This document shows, piece by piece, positions 45,988 through 55,832 of a stretch of 64,000 nt of DNA. The position numbers and the translations under genes were made by a program. The stretch spans positions 2,324 through 66,323 of the forward strand of contig JBIKYZ010000002.1 in NCBI GenBank assembly GCA_044354985.1, read 5' to 3'. The DNA comes from Pseudanabaena sp. GTDB lineage: Bacteria; Cyanobacteriota; Cyanobacteriia; Pseudanabaenales; Pseudanabaenaceae. The stretch's first letter is position 1, and each line of letters opens with the position of its first letter. The notes under the pieces were generated by a model. That model was not told the DNA's origin. It searched no databases and worked only from the letters and a program-made list of their open reading frames with translations.

Positions 45988-46824
45988 TCAAGAAATATTC
46001 AAATAATCGTAAATTTCGTCTAGAGAGAAACACATTTTATTAATTGCCTGATATTTAGGTTCTCCTTCATTAACGCCATGAAAGGTTAAATAACCTCTTT
46101 CGTAAGCCCAGTCATTGAAGCATAGTCTAATGTGTAAACCTTCTTCTTCTAAAACAGAAGGTAGACTAAGAAAGAATTTCCTGTAAATACCAACATACTT
46201 ACTTTCACAGAGATATGCTTTGTTAAAGCCTATTGCCACGCATTGAAGATTTGGATTTGATTTAAGGTAGTCAAACATAGCTTGAGTGCAGCAGGCAGAA
46301 GCGATGTTGAATATGTCATCAAGGACAATTAGACCACCATTAGATAGGTATTTATATGATAGTTCTATGTCAGAGTAAACAGCATCATAGCTATGCTCAC
46401 CATCAATATGTACAAATCTAAATATGGGGTTATAGGCTCCTAATAATTGAGAATGTCTCTTGGCTACAATTCTAGAGTCAACTGGATAGGTGAGTATTCG
46501 ACTTTCATCAACCTCTGAAAATGCAGAGACAACTTGTTTAACTGCTTCGATATCTTGGTAGGGATCAAGTAAAAAAGCTCGTTCTTGGTTCTGTAAAGAG
46601 CAACATAAGAATGCAATAGTTGCTCCTTTAAGAACTCCGATCTCCAAAATATCCCCTTGGATATCATAAAGGATTTGTAAACCAAGTAACTGATCGAAGG
46701 TGTGCCACACTTGAAGGGTATTAATACCTTGATTTAATGGAAAAGTCTGTTGATGTTTTTGAATGAGACTCATTAATTTAATTGGGTAATTAGTTGAATA
46801 GTTTTTTAACTCTGCCATAATCAA
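45988..46824 (-). CDS. Class I SAM-dependent methyltransferase (Methyltransf_24-like)
   Basis: ILEIGVLKGATIAFL, HIDGEHSYDAVYSDIEL and GGLIVLDDI. Confidence 0.65.
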   Translation of the reverse strand: MIMAELKNYSTNYPIKLMSLIQKHQQTFPLNQGINTLQVWHTFDQLLGLQILYDIQGDILEIGVLKGATIAFLCCSLQNQERAFLLDPYQDIEAVKQVVSAFSEVDESRILTYPVDSRIVAKRHSQLLGAYNPIFRFVHIDGEHSYDAVYSDIELSYKYLSNGGLIVLDDIFNIASACCTQAMFDYLKSNPNLQCVAIGFNKAYLCESKYVGIYRKFFLSLPSVLEEEGLHIRLCFNDWAYERGYLTFHGVNEGEPKYQAINKMCFSLDEIYDYLNIS

Positions 46825-46842
46825 CGGACTATTAAGCTTAGC

Positions 46843-49041
46843 TTAGCAAGCTAACAACTCCGTTTTTCTTGCTTCAATAAACAAGTCGTAATCATATCGG
46901 TGAAAAGCATAGACATCAAGGTAATAGATTGTAACTTCTCCGCTTTGATAGCGATTACATTTTAAACAATGATTTAGATCATCAAATCTATCACGAAGAT
47001 TATAGTCAATACTGATTAGATAATTGCCAAAGTTATCATAGATTAGAAAGTGTGAATAGTCAGATTCTACTAACCTGTCTATAGTGCTGATGGCTTCATT
47101 TATACCACTCGATCTAAAGCTGATATCATATTCAAAACATATTACAGGTCGAATACTTTTTATAGTTTCTATAGAATCTAGGATAATTTCAAAATCAAAA
47201 CCGTCACAATCGATCTTAAGTAACTTAGGCTGACAGAATTGAGGATATGCGTCTAAAATTGATTTTAAACTCTTGAGCTTGATGTTGTTTTCGGGGCTTT
47301 CTGATGTAGTAGCACTTGTTATAGATGCTGTCCCCCCTTTACTCGATACGTTATCCAAACTAATTATTTGATCATCTTCGCCGATAAAGTAAGGAGCAAC
47401 TTGTATATTTCCAATAATAGAAGCATTGTGTTTTAGAAATGGAATAAAATCAGGATGTCCCTCTATACACAAGATAGGGACATTTACATACTTGTTTATT
47501 AATGCTGCGCTATCTCCGACATTTGCACCAATATCAATAGCTGTAGAGTTACTATACTTAGTAAATACAATTTTAGAAATATTTCCTAATACAGTGTCAT
47601 ATCTCTTCCAGCGACTTTGATATCTATCCAACATATGATCTATTGGTAAGAGGATTTCACAGTTAGCAACTTTATATTTTTTTGCTTGTGGTTGAGGTGT
47701 TTTCTCTTCTAAGAACCAATTACCAGTTTTCTGTAACATATATTTTTTATTCTGTAACCCTACAGTCCAGTTAGCATGAAATATCATCGGACTTGGCTGC
47801 CCAGACTGAATTGATGATAACTCTGGATCAGATACAGACATTAAGCTTGCTGACATTCCATTAGCAAATAGAAGTTCTGACAGAGGAAATATATTTGTGA
47901 ATAAATATGGGCTGGATTGAATAAGATGGTTGATGACTGTTTGATCGTGATATTCAGGGTTAGTTTGAATAAAGTGACTGTGAAGATTAGTCAAAGAATC
48001 CAGCAATCTATGAGAAAAATCATTATTCACGAAACTCATAAACCCCGTGCAGAGATGTGGTGGAAAGTTAGCAGTTCCCTCGGTTTGGATTGATAGAGAA
48101 TAATGTTTGCCGATTTGTCGCAACAGGGGAAGTGGATTTTGTCGCCATGCGATATCAACATCTGTATAGACTACTTTTTTCACTCCTTGATTTAGTAAAT
48201 GCTTAATGGCAATCCATTTAGAGAGAGTGAATTTACCAAATTCGCCAGTGCCATAGTTGTGATAGTTATTATTATTCTGTAAATCGATATTCTCAACTAT
48301 ATCCTCGATTGCTGTAATATTACCGATACCATATTGCGATCGCAGTTCTGATAGTTCTTCAATAGCAGATGATGGCGTGAATATCTCTATATATTGAGGA
48401 TCGATATTGCAATTTCTAATACTTACAATTGTATTCTCTACAAATTCCTTTAACCCTCCTGATACAACTAATAAGATTCGATAGTCGTTTAGTTTAGAGT
48501 CTGCTTGGATTTGATATAAAATCCCTGTCATGATTGCTAAGGCTTGCTTATTGCCATCACTTAATGTCAGTATTTCAGGTAGCTTAGTTTGTGCAAAGTT
48601 TTTCCAGATTTGCGAATGCCTAGGTAAATAGATCAATCCTAAGTCATTGTTTGAATCTGAACTCTGAAGAGATTCTGACAAGTATCTATAGGCAAGATCT
48701 TTTGCTTTATCTAATTCTCCTGTTAATACACAGACAATAGCAAGATGAGCTTTGCACAAAAGACTATTTGTAATGTCTATTCCTTTTTTCAGGGCTTCAA
48801 TTGCATACTCTAGATATAGCCCTTTCTCGTTAGAATCTTCACTATTGTCTGCGGCAATCAAAGCCATGACTGCAACATTGTTAAAATCTAGCGCTGATTT
48901 TGGCTCATTCCAGTTTGTGCCTTCGATGTCAATGTCTAAGCTGTCCAGAAAATCGATATTAAAGCAGCAAGACTCGACATACTGGCAGTACATCAAGGCT
49001 TCATCCATAGTTTCCATTTCTGATAGATAGTTGTCTAGCAT
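46843..49041 (-). CDS. Multidomain protein: TPR-like N-terminus, nucleotide-diphospho-sugar glycosyltransferase, FkbM-family methyltransferase
   Basis: The middle domain has a DxD context (VVYTDVDIAWRQNP). The C-terminal FkbM-type motifs are AIDIGANVGDSAALI and LLKIDCDGFDFEIL. Confidence 0.6.
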   Translation of the reverse strand: MLDNYLSEMETMDEALMYCQYVESCCFNIDFLDSLDIDIEGTNWNEPKSALDFNNVAVMALIAADNSEDSNEKGLYLEYAIEALKKGIDITNSLLCKAHLAIVCVLTGELDKAKDLAYRYLSESLQSSDSNNDLGLIYLPRHSQIWKNFAQTKLPEILTLSDGNKQALAIMTGILYQIQADSKLNDYRILLVVSGGLKEFVENTIVSIRNCNIDPQYIEIFTPSSAIEELSELRSQYGIGNITAIEDIVENIDLQNNNNYHNYGTGEFGKFTLSKWIAIKHLLNQGVKKVVYTDVDIAWRQNPLPLLRQIGKHYSLSIQTEGTANFPPHLCTGFMSFVNNDFSHRLLDSLTNLHSHFIQTNPEYHDQTVINHLIQSSPYLFTNIFPLSELLFANGMSASLMSVSDPELSSIQSGQPSPMIFHANWTVGLQNKKYMLQKTGNWFLEEKTPQPQAKKYKVANCEILLPIDHMLDRYQSRWKRYDTVLGNISKIVFTKYSNSTAIDIGANVGDSAALINKYVNVPILCIEGHPDFIPFLKHNASIIGNIQVAPYFIGEDDQIISLDNVSSKGGTASITSATTSESPENNIKLKSLKSILDAYPQFCQPKLLKIDCDGFDFEIILDSIETIKSIRPVICFEYDISFRSSGINEAISTIDRLVESDYSHFLIYDNFGNYLISIDYNLRDRFDDLNHCLKCNRYQSGEVTIYYLDVYAFHRYDYDLFIEARKTELLAC

Positions 49042-49321
49042 TAGTTGTAATTTCCTAGCTTTTCGCTGTAGATGTTCTAACGATGTAATGATTCTTCTGG
49101 TAAATTAGCTTTGCTTTTAGGAAAGTATGAAGCCAATTTTTGAAAATGTTGAACGTTTTATATTGATGCTTTTTTGCTATGAACTAAAACTGGCTTAATC
49201 ATTTGTTTAGCAGAAAATCTAGATTGAAAAAGCTGCTGGTCTTCAGATGGCAGGTTTAAAATTACTTCTATGAGTGAATCAACAAGTTGTACATTCATTG
49301 TTCTGTATCCAATTTACTGTT

Positions 49322-52300
49322 TTATCTAGACTCATCAAAAAGTTCTTGCAATAAATTATACATATCTTGTGCTAATTTTTTAGGATTCCAAAGCGGAGCC
49401 AGATTAGCAGGATCTTTAGAGTCAATCAATTTTTGCTTAATTGAATTTCTGAACTCTGGCTCTAAACCATACTTAACAGCCCATATCATATATTCTTCCC
49501 AATTATGGGCAATCCCTGCATCAATACCTAATGCTTGCAAGAAGGAATAGCCCATTCTAGCGAAGGATTGTTCGCCCACCAGTGTTACTACTGGCAAATT
49601 GAACCACAGGACTTCGAGATTGTGACTGCCTCCATTGTAGGGGTAGGAATCTAGGAAAACATCCGCGATCGCATAAATACCCCGATGTTCTTCTTCAGTT
49701 TTGTAACTGGGTAAAAATTTGACGCGATCGCTATCTATCCCAATCTCATCACAGATTTCGTTATAAATGCTGCTTATCACTTCACGATCACCACTACCTT
49801 TATGTAGTAGTACGGAATTAGGCACTTGCTGCAAAATGCTAATACAAGCTTTTGCACTATCACGGTTAAACTTACGTGCTGGAGCCGCATAGAGATAGGC
49901 AACTTGATCGGACGCTATGCCAAGTTTCTCTCTTTCAATGTCTCGATCAATTTCTATAGCCTCAAAGCCTGATACTGCCATATGAGCATCAGGTAATCGA
50001 AGTATTTTTTCTACATAATGCTCATCTACGCCTTCAGGATGGGTGAAGCGATCGCCGAGCCAATAGTTATCAGGAGAAATAAATGGTGCATCAAAACCGA
50101 GCCAAGATAGCCGAATTGAGGCTAATTGCTTTCGACAGAGAATATGGGTGTTGAGGGGGATCGTCACCGAATCAAGGTCAATGATTACATCTAGTTGGTC
50201 TTCAGTAATGTCTGAAACTAATCGTTTAATCCTTCCATCAAAATTAAATTTTTCATTTTCATACCAATAGTGTCTTTCAGCAATTTGTTCAAACTTTTCT
50301 GTATGTTCATCAGGCTGAATCGTACCAGTAGTATATAAATATATCTGAGGAGTAATTTTTGATAGTTCTCTGATTACATCAAGGCTGCACCAACCTACAG
50401 GATGACGAGCAAAGTGAGGTGATACAAAACCGATTTTGAGAGGTCTATCACCTGCTGATATTTCACGACTTTTATCGTATGAATTACCGATCTCTAATTT
50501 GGACTTAATAACTCTATCCTGATAGAGAGAACCAATAAGTTTAAAGAGACTGGTATTTAAATTTCGATTATCTCGTAAGCTAGAAAGTATAAATATAAAA
50601 GAATTATATAGAACTTCCACCTCAACAGCTTCTAAGCTGTTAAAATATTTGTATAAGAATTCCTCTAACTCAGGCAATTTAACAATTGCAATATCTGCTA
50701 GTCCTGAATGAATGTAGTTAGAGATAAAGTTGACCGTAGGACGAACCTTTTCTTTCTCATGGCAAGATTCTAGAAATTGATCTGCGAGTTTTCGACGTAA
50801 TTTAAAATTGTGATGTAGAGAGTTATTGCTGTCAGATAAGATATCATTATTGAAATTCCAATAGGCATCGACAAGATGAAAGTCTAAATGCAAAGCTTTA
50901 TTGTAACAGAAGGCTGCATCTTCCATTTGTTTTGCTTTAGCGAAGGTATAGCCGAGATTGCAATAAACCTTAGCATCATTAGGATTTATTGCTAAAGCTG
51001 ATTGTAAACAAGCAATCGCTCCTTCTAGTTCGCCATATTCAGTTAAGCTTGCTCCTAAACCAATTAAAGCTGTAACTGATTCTGAGTTAATCTCTAGAGC
51101 CGTCTGATAAGCCGTAATCGATAGTTCCCATTCACATTGCTTAAAGAAAGCACTACCCATAGCCAGAGGAATGTCAATGTCTTCAGGATTAATAGCAAAG
51201 GCTTGATCATAGGTAAAGATCGCCTCATCTAGTTTATCCTGACTGGCTAACACCAGTCCCAAGTTGTAGAGAGCATTACCATGGGCAGGATCAAGCTCAA
51301 TCGTAATTTTGAATGACTCAATTGCTTGATCAAGTTGACCTGATTGGAACTGAGCAATGCCCATGTTGTAATGGGCATCTATATATTCTGGATGGAGAGA
51401 TATTGCCGTTTGCCAACAGGCGATCGCAGCATCAAGTTTGTCTTTTTGAGCTAAACGAATCGCGTCTTGGTTTCGTAATTCAGCTTCAGCGATGAACAAT
51501 TCACGATCGGCAACAGGATCGATCTCAATGTCAGGGTCTTCAGAATCTAGCCAAATTTGCCACATCTGCTCATAGGCAGATTCCATATCTTTTGTAAACT
51601 GTCGCGAGTTCCAAAGTGGTGCAGTTTGCTTGCCCTGACGCAATTTGAGAATCACTTGATTTCTCAAATCAATATCAGTTCCCAATCTAATTCCCCATTC
51701 CACATATTCTTCATCTGTCCATGCAATGCCTTCAGTAATGCCTGCATTGATCATCATTGTATAGCTATTTCGCGATGCAAACTGTTCACCTACCCGCGTC
51801 ACCATCGGAATCCCCATCCATAGGGTTTCGAGAGTATGAGTTGCACCGTTGTATGGATAGGTATCAAGAACGACATCTGCAAGTATCAAATTAGCCCTAT
51901 GTTCTGCTTCGCTATTAGTAATCGGCAAAAAGCGTAAGCGTTCTTTTTCCACTCCTTCTGTTTCTGCCATTTGATAGAAGAACTCTTTGAGCGATTCTTG
52001 ATCGCCCATACTTTTAAGAACTAAATAGCTATTGGGAACTGATTTAACAATTTGCATCTGTAAGCGTATCGTGTCAGGATGACGCTTCATCGATGCTTGT
52101 GCGCTGAAATAGATAACGGCATCAGCAGGAATGTCGAGAGTATCGCGGCGAACTGTGGGAGTGGATGATTCAAAGCCATCAACAGCAATATAGGTCTGTG
52201 GCAATCGCCAAATTTTTTCCGTATAGTATTCGTCCGCATCTTCAGGCAAAACATAGGGATCGGCAATAAAATAGTCTATATTTTGAAGACCAACTGCGTC

Positions 52301-53794
52301 CCAACCAAGCCATGTTACATGTATTGGAGCTGTCTTAAGACTCGATAAGGCTGTGCCGTATGCACTAGTAATGCTGTCTAAGTCAATAAGTATATCAATC
52401 CCATCGCATTGTATTTGATTGGCTAACGATACAATATCTTTCTGAGAATTAGTATTAGCCTTGTAAAATTGTTCTATGTACCAAGATCTCAGTAAGTCAC
52501 TATCTTTGGACTCCCCGATATATCCATATAACTCAAATCTCTGACGATCATGATTTTGGATCAGCCATCTCGCTAAGTAGCCGACTGAGTGTCTTCTAAA
52601 ACAAGTCGATATATAACCAATTTTGATAGGGAGACCCGACCTATAATACTTTTTCCTAAGAAATAATCTTTTTTTGTAATTAGCTATATTCTTATTGAGT
52701 TCTAATTCAATTTTTTGAATTGCTAATTGACGTACATCTCTAAATAAATTATGTCGAATTTTGGGATTATCACTAAAATACTGCGAATAAAATCCCGTTG
52801 TCATTAGATAAAGAAAAGCCTCGTCAGTGGATATCTGATCTATTGACTGTGAAGAAGTTAGCTGCGAAATACTATCTTCATACTTTCCATAGGATTGACT
52901 CGCTTCTTTCCAATAACTACAGTTAACAATCAAGGCTCTAGTCAGCCACTCATAGGCAAAAACTCGATCTAAAAGGCGGCGATTTTGGGATAACTGCTCT
53001 AGTTCTCTAGCAATTAAGACTGCTTTATGGCTGTCTTTTCTTATGTATAAATCAATCTTCTGTTTGTATAAGTTAAAATTTTCGCTATTAATCTTTAATC
53101 CGATTTCCACACATTGAATAGCATCATCCTGTCTTTTGTTTTCATTTAAAAAGATAGTAAGATCACACAGCTTATTTGCTATTTCTAATCTATACTCATT
53201 ATGAAGTAAGCATATATTTTCAAATGCTTCTAGAGTCAAATAATCATAATCAGAAAGCTTGATAAATACTGTTTCTAATAGTCGAGAGATGACAGAAAAC
53301 TTTAGTCGATTGAAGCTTTGTAATTTATGTGCATTGAGCAAGTCTAGGTCTAACAGATTTTGAGAAGTAAAAGACTCTGATTTGATCAATAAAATAATTA
53401 TGCAAATTCGGTTGTCAAGATTATGTGAGTTTATCTCTAGTAAGCAATTACGTATCACTAGAGAATTTTGGTAATCTTTTAGTTCCTCAAGCCTATTTGA
53501 TTCTATCTCTAAAATATCATTAAGTTCTTGATTGAGTAAATCAACATCACTATGCTCTACTTTTATCTCTTTAATGAAACTGAGCCAAGTCGTCTTAGCT
53601 TGTTCTACCTTTCCTTGAAGTAGCTGGCATATGCCCAGATACCAGTGATTTGAGTTGGTTTTAGCGTCTATCTCTATAAGTTGCTCATATAGCGCTAAAG
53701 ATTCTTCATACCGTCTTTCAGAAAAATATGTACTAGCCTGCTCTACAAGTTTTTGAAATTGCGCTTTATTGTCAAAAAATATTGGGCTTAGCAT
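49322..53794 (-). CDS. Giant TPR protein with two GT41 (SPINDLY/O-GlcNAc-transferase-like) catalytic modules
   Basis: Architecture is TPR - GT41 - TPR - GT41. Each module has (L)PIKIGY(F)S..F.RH.VG and ...LD(T/S)YPYNG(A/G)(T/S)H(T/N)LE(T/V)LW..(I/L)P(M/V)VT..GEQ... followed by ...APLWN... . TPR consensus repeats lie at aa ~790-990. Confidence 0.8.
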   Translation of the reverse strand: MLSPIFFDNKAQFQKLVEQASTYFSERRYEESLALYEQLIEIDAKTNSNHWYLGICQLLQGKVEQAKTTWLSFIKEIKVEHSDVDLLNQELNDILEIESNRLEELKDYQNSLVIRNCLLEINSHNLDNRICIIILLIKSESFTSQNLLDLDLLNAHKLQSFNRLKFSVISRLLETVFIKLSDYDYLTLEAFENICLLHNEYRLEIANKLCDLTIFLNENKRQDDAIQCVEIGLKINSENFNLYKQKIDLYIRKDSHKAVLIARELEQLSQNRRLLDRVFAYEWLTRALIVNCSYWKEASQSYGKYEDSISQLTSSQSIDQISTDEAFLYLMTTGFYSQYFSDNPKIRHNLFRDVRQLAIQKIELELNKNIANYKKRLFLRKKYYRSGLPIKIGYISTCFRRHSVGYLARWLIQNHDRQRFELYGYIGESKDSDLLRSWYIEQFYKANTNSQKDIVSLANQIQCDGIDILIDLDSITSAYGTALSSLKTAPIHVTWLGWDAVGLQNIDYFIADPYVLPEDADEYYTEKIWRLPQTYIAVDGFESSTPTVRRDTLDIPADAVIYFSAQASMKRHPDTIRLQMQIVKSVPNSYLVLKSMGDQESLKEFFYQMAETEGVEKERLRFLPITNSEAEHRANLILADVVLDTYPYNGATHTLETLWMGIPMVTRVGEQFASRNSYTMMINAGITEGIAWTDEEYVEWGIRLGTDIDLRNQVILKLRQGKQTAPLWNSRQFTKDMESAYEQMWQIWLDSEDPDIEIDPVADRELFIAEAELRNQDAIRLAQKDKLDAAIACWQTAISLHPEYIDAHYNMGIAQFQSGQLDQAIESFKITIELDPAHGNALYNLGLVLASQDKLDEAIFTYDQAFAINPEDIDIPLAMGSAFFKQCEWELSITAYQTALEINSESVTALIGLGASLTEYGELEGAIACLQSALAINPNDAKVYCNLGYTFAKAKQMEDAAFCYNKALHLDFHLVDAYWNFNNDILSDSNNSLHHNFKLRRKLADQFLESCHEKEKVRPTVNFISNYIHSGLADIAIVKLPELEEFLYKYFNSLEAVEVEVLYNSFIFILSSLRDNRNLNTSLFKLIGSLYQDRVIKSKLEIGNSYDKSREISAGDRPLKIGFVSPHFARHPVGWCSLDVIRELSKITPQIYLYTTGTIQPDEHTEKFEQIAERHYWYENEKFNFDGRIKRLVSDITEDQLDVIIDLDSVTIPLNTHILCRKQLASIRLSWLGFDAPFISPDNYWLGDRFTHPEGVDEHYVEKILRLPDAHMAVSGFEAIEIDRDIEREKLGIASDQVAYLYAAPARKFNRDSAKACISILQQVPNSVLLHKGSGDREVISSIYNEICDEIGIDSDRVKFLPSYKTEEEHRGIYAIADVFLDSYPYNGGSHNLEVLWFNLPVVTLVGEQSFARMGYSFLQALGIDAGIAHNWEEYMIWAVKYGLEPEFRNSIKQKLIDSKDPANLAPLWNPKKLAQDMYNLLQELFDESR

Positions 53795-53830
53795 TAATTT
53801 GAAAAAGACTGGATATTATATTGATAATAT

Positions 53831-53868
53831 AAAAACGAGTAGAGAAACAATTAAAAATTTCTCTACTC
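53831..53868 (-). terminator. Hairpin (terminator/attenuator) between the pilin gene and the GT41 gene
   Basis: On the minus strand, GAGTAGAGAAA-TTTTTAATTG-TTTCTCTACTC-GTTTTT lies 31 nt after the pilin stop. Confidence 0.6.
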
Positions 53869-53898
53869 ATTAAATCTGATTTAGACTACTACTAATTA

Positions 53899-54477
53899 CT
53901 AGCTAACTCCTACAAAGTTAGCAGTAGCACACGAAGGCGCAGCATTAGTAGCTAGAGTAAATGCTTGACCAATTGCAGTTGCGTCTATGGAAATACCAGC
54001 ATTAACAGGGGGAAGTTTTGCTTCACATAAGCCAGCCAAGGTAGTCGCTTCATTGGAACCAGGAGGGGTAGCAAGGTTGACTGCACCTGCATAAACTTTA
54101 ATGCTAGGTTCAAGAGGAACTGCTACGCTATAAGCATTAGCGGCTGTACCAGTCACACCTCGGCTAGAGCCTGATGTTGAGTACACATAGTTTTCAGTGG
54201 TTTGAGCAATACCAATCGCTAAGGTTGCAAGGTCAGGACCGAAGCGTTGCTTTTCTAGGTAGTAGGCTTGTTGAGCGCGGTTTGCAGAACCAACATAGGT
54301 CTTAGCTTCAGATTGACGAGCTTTTGCAGCTTGGTTAAGGAAAGAAGGAAGTGCGATCGCAGCAAGAATACCGATGATGATGATAACAACGAGAAGTTCG
54401 ATCAGGGTAAAGCCCTTTTCGCCATTCTTCTTGTTGAGCATGTGTTGGATGAGCTTGGTCTTGAATTCAGATTTCAT
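53899..54477 (-). CDS. pilA: Type IV pilin (PilA-like)
   Basis: Prepilin leader ending ...GEKG/FTLIELLVVIIIIGILAAIALPSF. The C-terminal region has two Cys. Confidence 0.85.
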   Translation of the reverse strand: MKSEFKTKLIQHMLNKKNGEKGFTLIELLVVIIIIGILAAIALPSFLNQAAKARQSEAKTYVGSANRAQQAYYLEKQRFGPDLATLAIGIAQTTENYVYSTSGSSRGVTGTAANAYSVAVPLEPSIKVYAGAVNLATPPGSNEATTLAGLCEAKLPPVNAGISIDATAIGQAFTLATNAAPSCATANFVGVS

Positions 54478-54611
54478 AATTCTTTATTCCCGTGTATGTC
54501 AAGAAAGTTAACTTGTTGGCTTGTGAAAGTAACTTACCCATAAAAAAACAGGATGCTATCACTCTGACTAAAAATATTTTTGTGAGTTTCATCTCTTTTA
54601 CAACTGACTCA

Positions 54612-55184
54612 CTATTCCTGCAAAGAAAATCCTGTAGGGCATACCATCGTCTGTTCTCCTCCATTCAATGCTCCAGGAGGGATAGGACTAATATTTGGTG
54701 TATTCCCAATACAAAAGATGGTATCGATCCGCACTATTCCTGGAATACCTACTACTCCAACAAAAGCTTTGAGGTATGGAGACGTAGGTACTGCCACATT
54801 AGTAATTATTTGCTTGGGTTGCTGAGGCGTAAAGTTTCCATCCACACTACCCGCCAAAGCGCTGTAAGTATAGGAAGAAGAAGCAGTATCTACCCCTAGT
54901 CCCAAGTCGCCAATATTACTGGTAAATGTTCTTTTCTCTAGGTAGTATGCTTGCTGCAAGCGGCTCATAGTACCAATATATGCCTTCGCCTCGGCAAATC
55001 TTGCCTTGTCTGCTTGACTTAAAAATGATGGTAGCGCGATCGCAGCCAGCAAACCAATAATAATGATTACCACCAATAACTCAATCAGTGTAAAACCTTG
55101 TTCTTTATGGTTTACGTTACTAAAATGGCGATCGCGTAGCCATAAGCTGATGATATATTCCAATTCCAAATTATTAAAGTTCAC
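54612..55184 (-). CDS. Type IV pilin (second paralogue)
   Basis: ...KEQG/FTLIELLVVIIIIGLLAAIALPSFLSQADKARFAEAK. Unusually long (30-aa) predicted leader, and two C-terminal Cys. Confidence 0.8.
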   Translation of the reverse strand: MNFNNLELEYIISLWLRDRHFSNVNHKEQGFTLIELLVVIIIIGLLAAIALPSFLSQADKARFAEAKAYIGTMSRLQQAYYLEKRTFTSNIGDLGLGVDTASSSYTYSALAGSVDGNFTPQQPKQIITNVAVPTSPYLKAFVGVVGIPGIVRIDTIFCIGNTPNISPIPPGALNGGEQTMVCPTGFSLQE

Positions 55185-55250
55185 TTTCCCGCACCTACAG
55201 ATAACTTTTACCCCTTGTCCTATAGATCAAGTTACCCATTTTTCGGAGAT

Positions 55251-55832
55251 TTAAACCTCTCCAAAATATTCCAAAATATTAAGAATTCTCGTTTTTAGAT
55301 TGATCACATCTCGCGCATTACAAAACACATTAGTCTTGAGACGGCGATCGCTACATAGCCCAATCACTAAAACATTAATATGCTCAATATATGCAGCATT
55401 CAGTGCAGCTTTGCCCTCCTCATAAACAAGCGGTATACCTGGTTGAATAATGGCGAGATTTTGAAAAAATTGATTGGTACTAGCAAAACAATGATCTATG
55501 TATTGACTTAGCAAATTAAAATCCACATCGGTCTTGCCTTGAATATCGCCGAGGGTGTAAGCAATCATGTCAATCGGAGTGCGATCGCTAATAAAAGGTC
55601 TAGCCGATTCTTGCCAAACCTGCTCGGCAGCATCCAAAACATGATTCTGCACAAACAGCCTTGTTTGAAAGTCCATTGGTTCCGCAGGATCTAAGCCAAG
55701 CTGTGCAAAAACTTGGCTGGTTGTAGTGCGGACAAAGGGGATATTTAGGTGCGAGGATATCGCGATCGCTAATGTTGTTTTGCCAGTCCGATGTGCGCCA
55801 CAGAGTCCTAGATTGCCTTCAAGTTTAAACAT
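55251..55832 (-). CDS. Small P-loop NTPase / nucleotide-kinase-like protein
   Basis: Walker A GAHRTGKTT at residues 12-20, 193 aa. 8-nt overlap with the upstream Uma2 gene. Confidence 0.6.
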   Translation of the reverse strand: MFKLEGNLGLCGAHRTGKTTLAIAISSHLNIPFVRTTTSQVFAQLGLDPAEPMDFQTRLFVQNHVLDAAEQVWQESARPFISDRTPIDMIAYTLGDIQGKTDVDFNLLSQYIDHCFASTNQFFQNLAIIQPGIPLVYEEGKAALNAAYIEHINVLVIGLCSDRRLKTNVFCNARDVINLKTRILNILEYFGEV

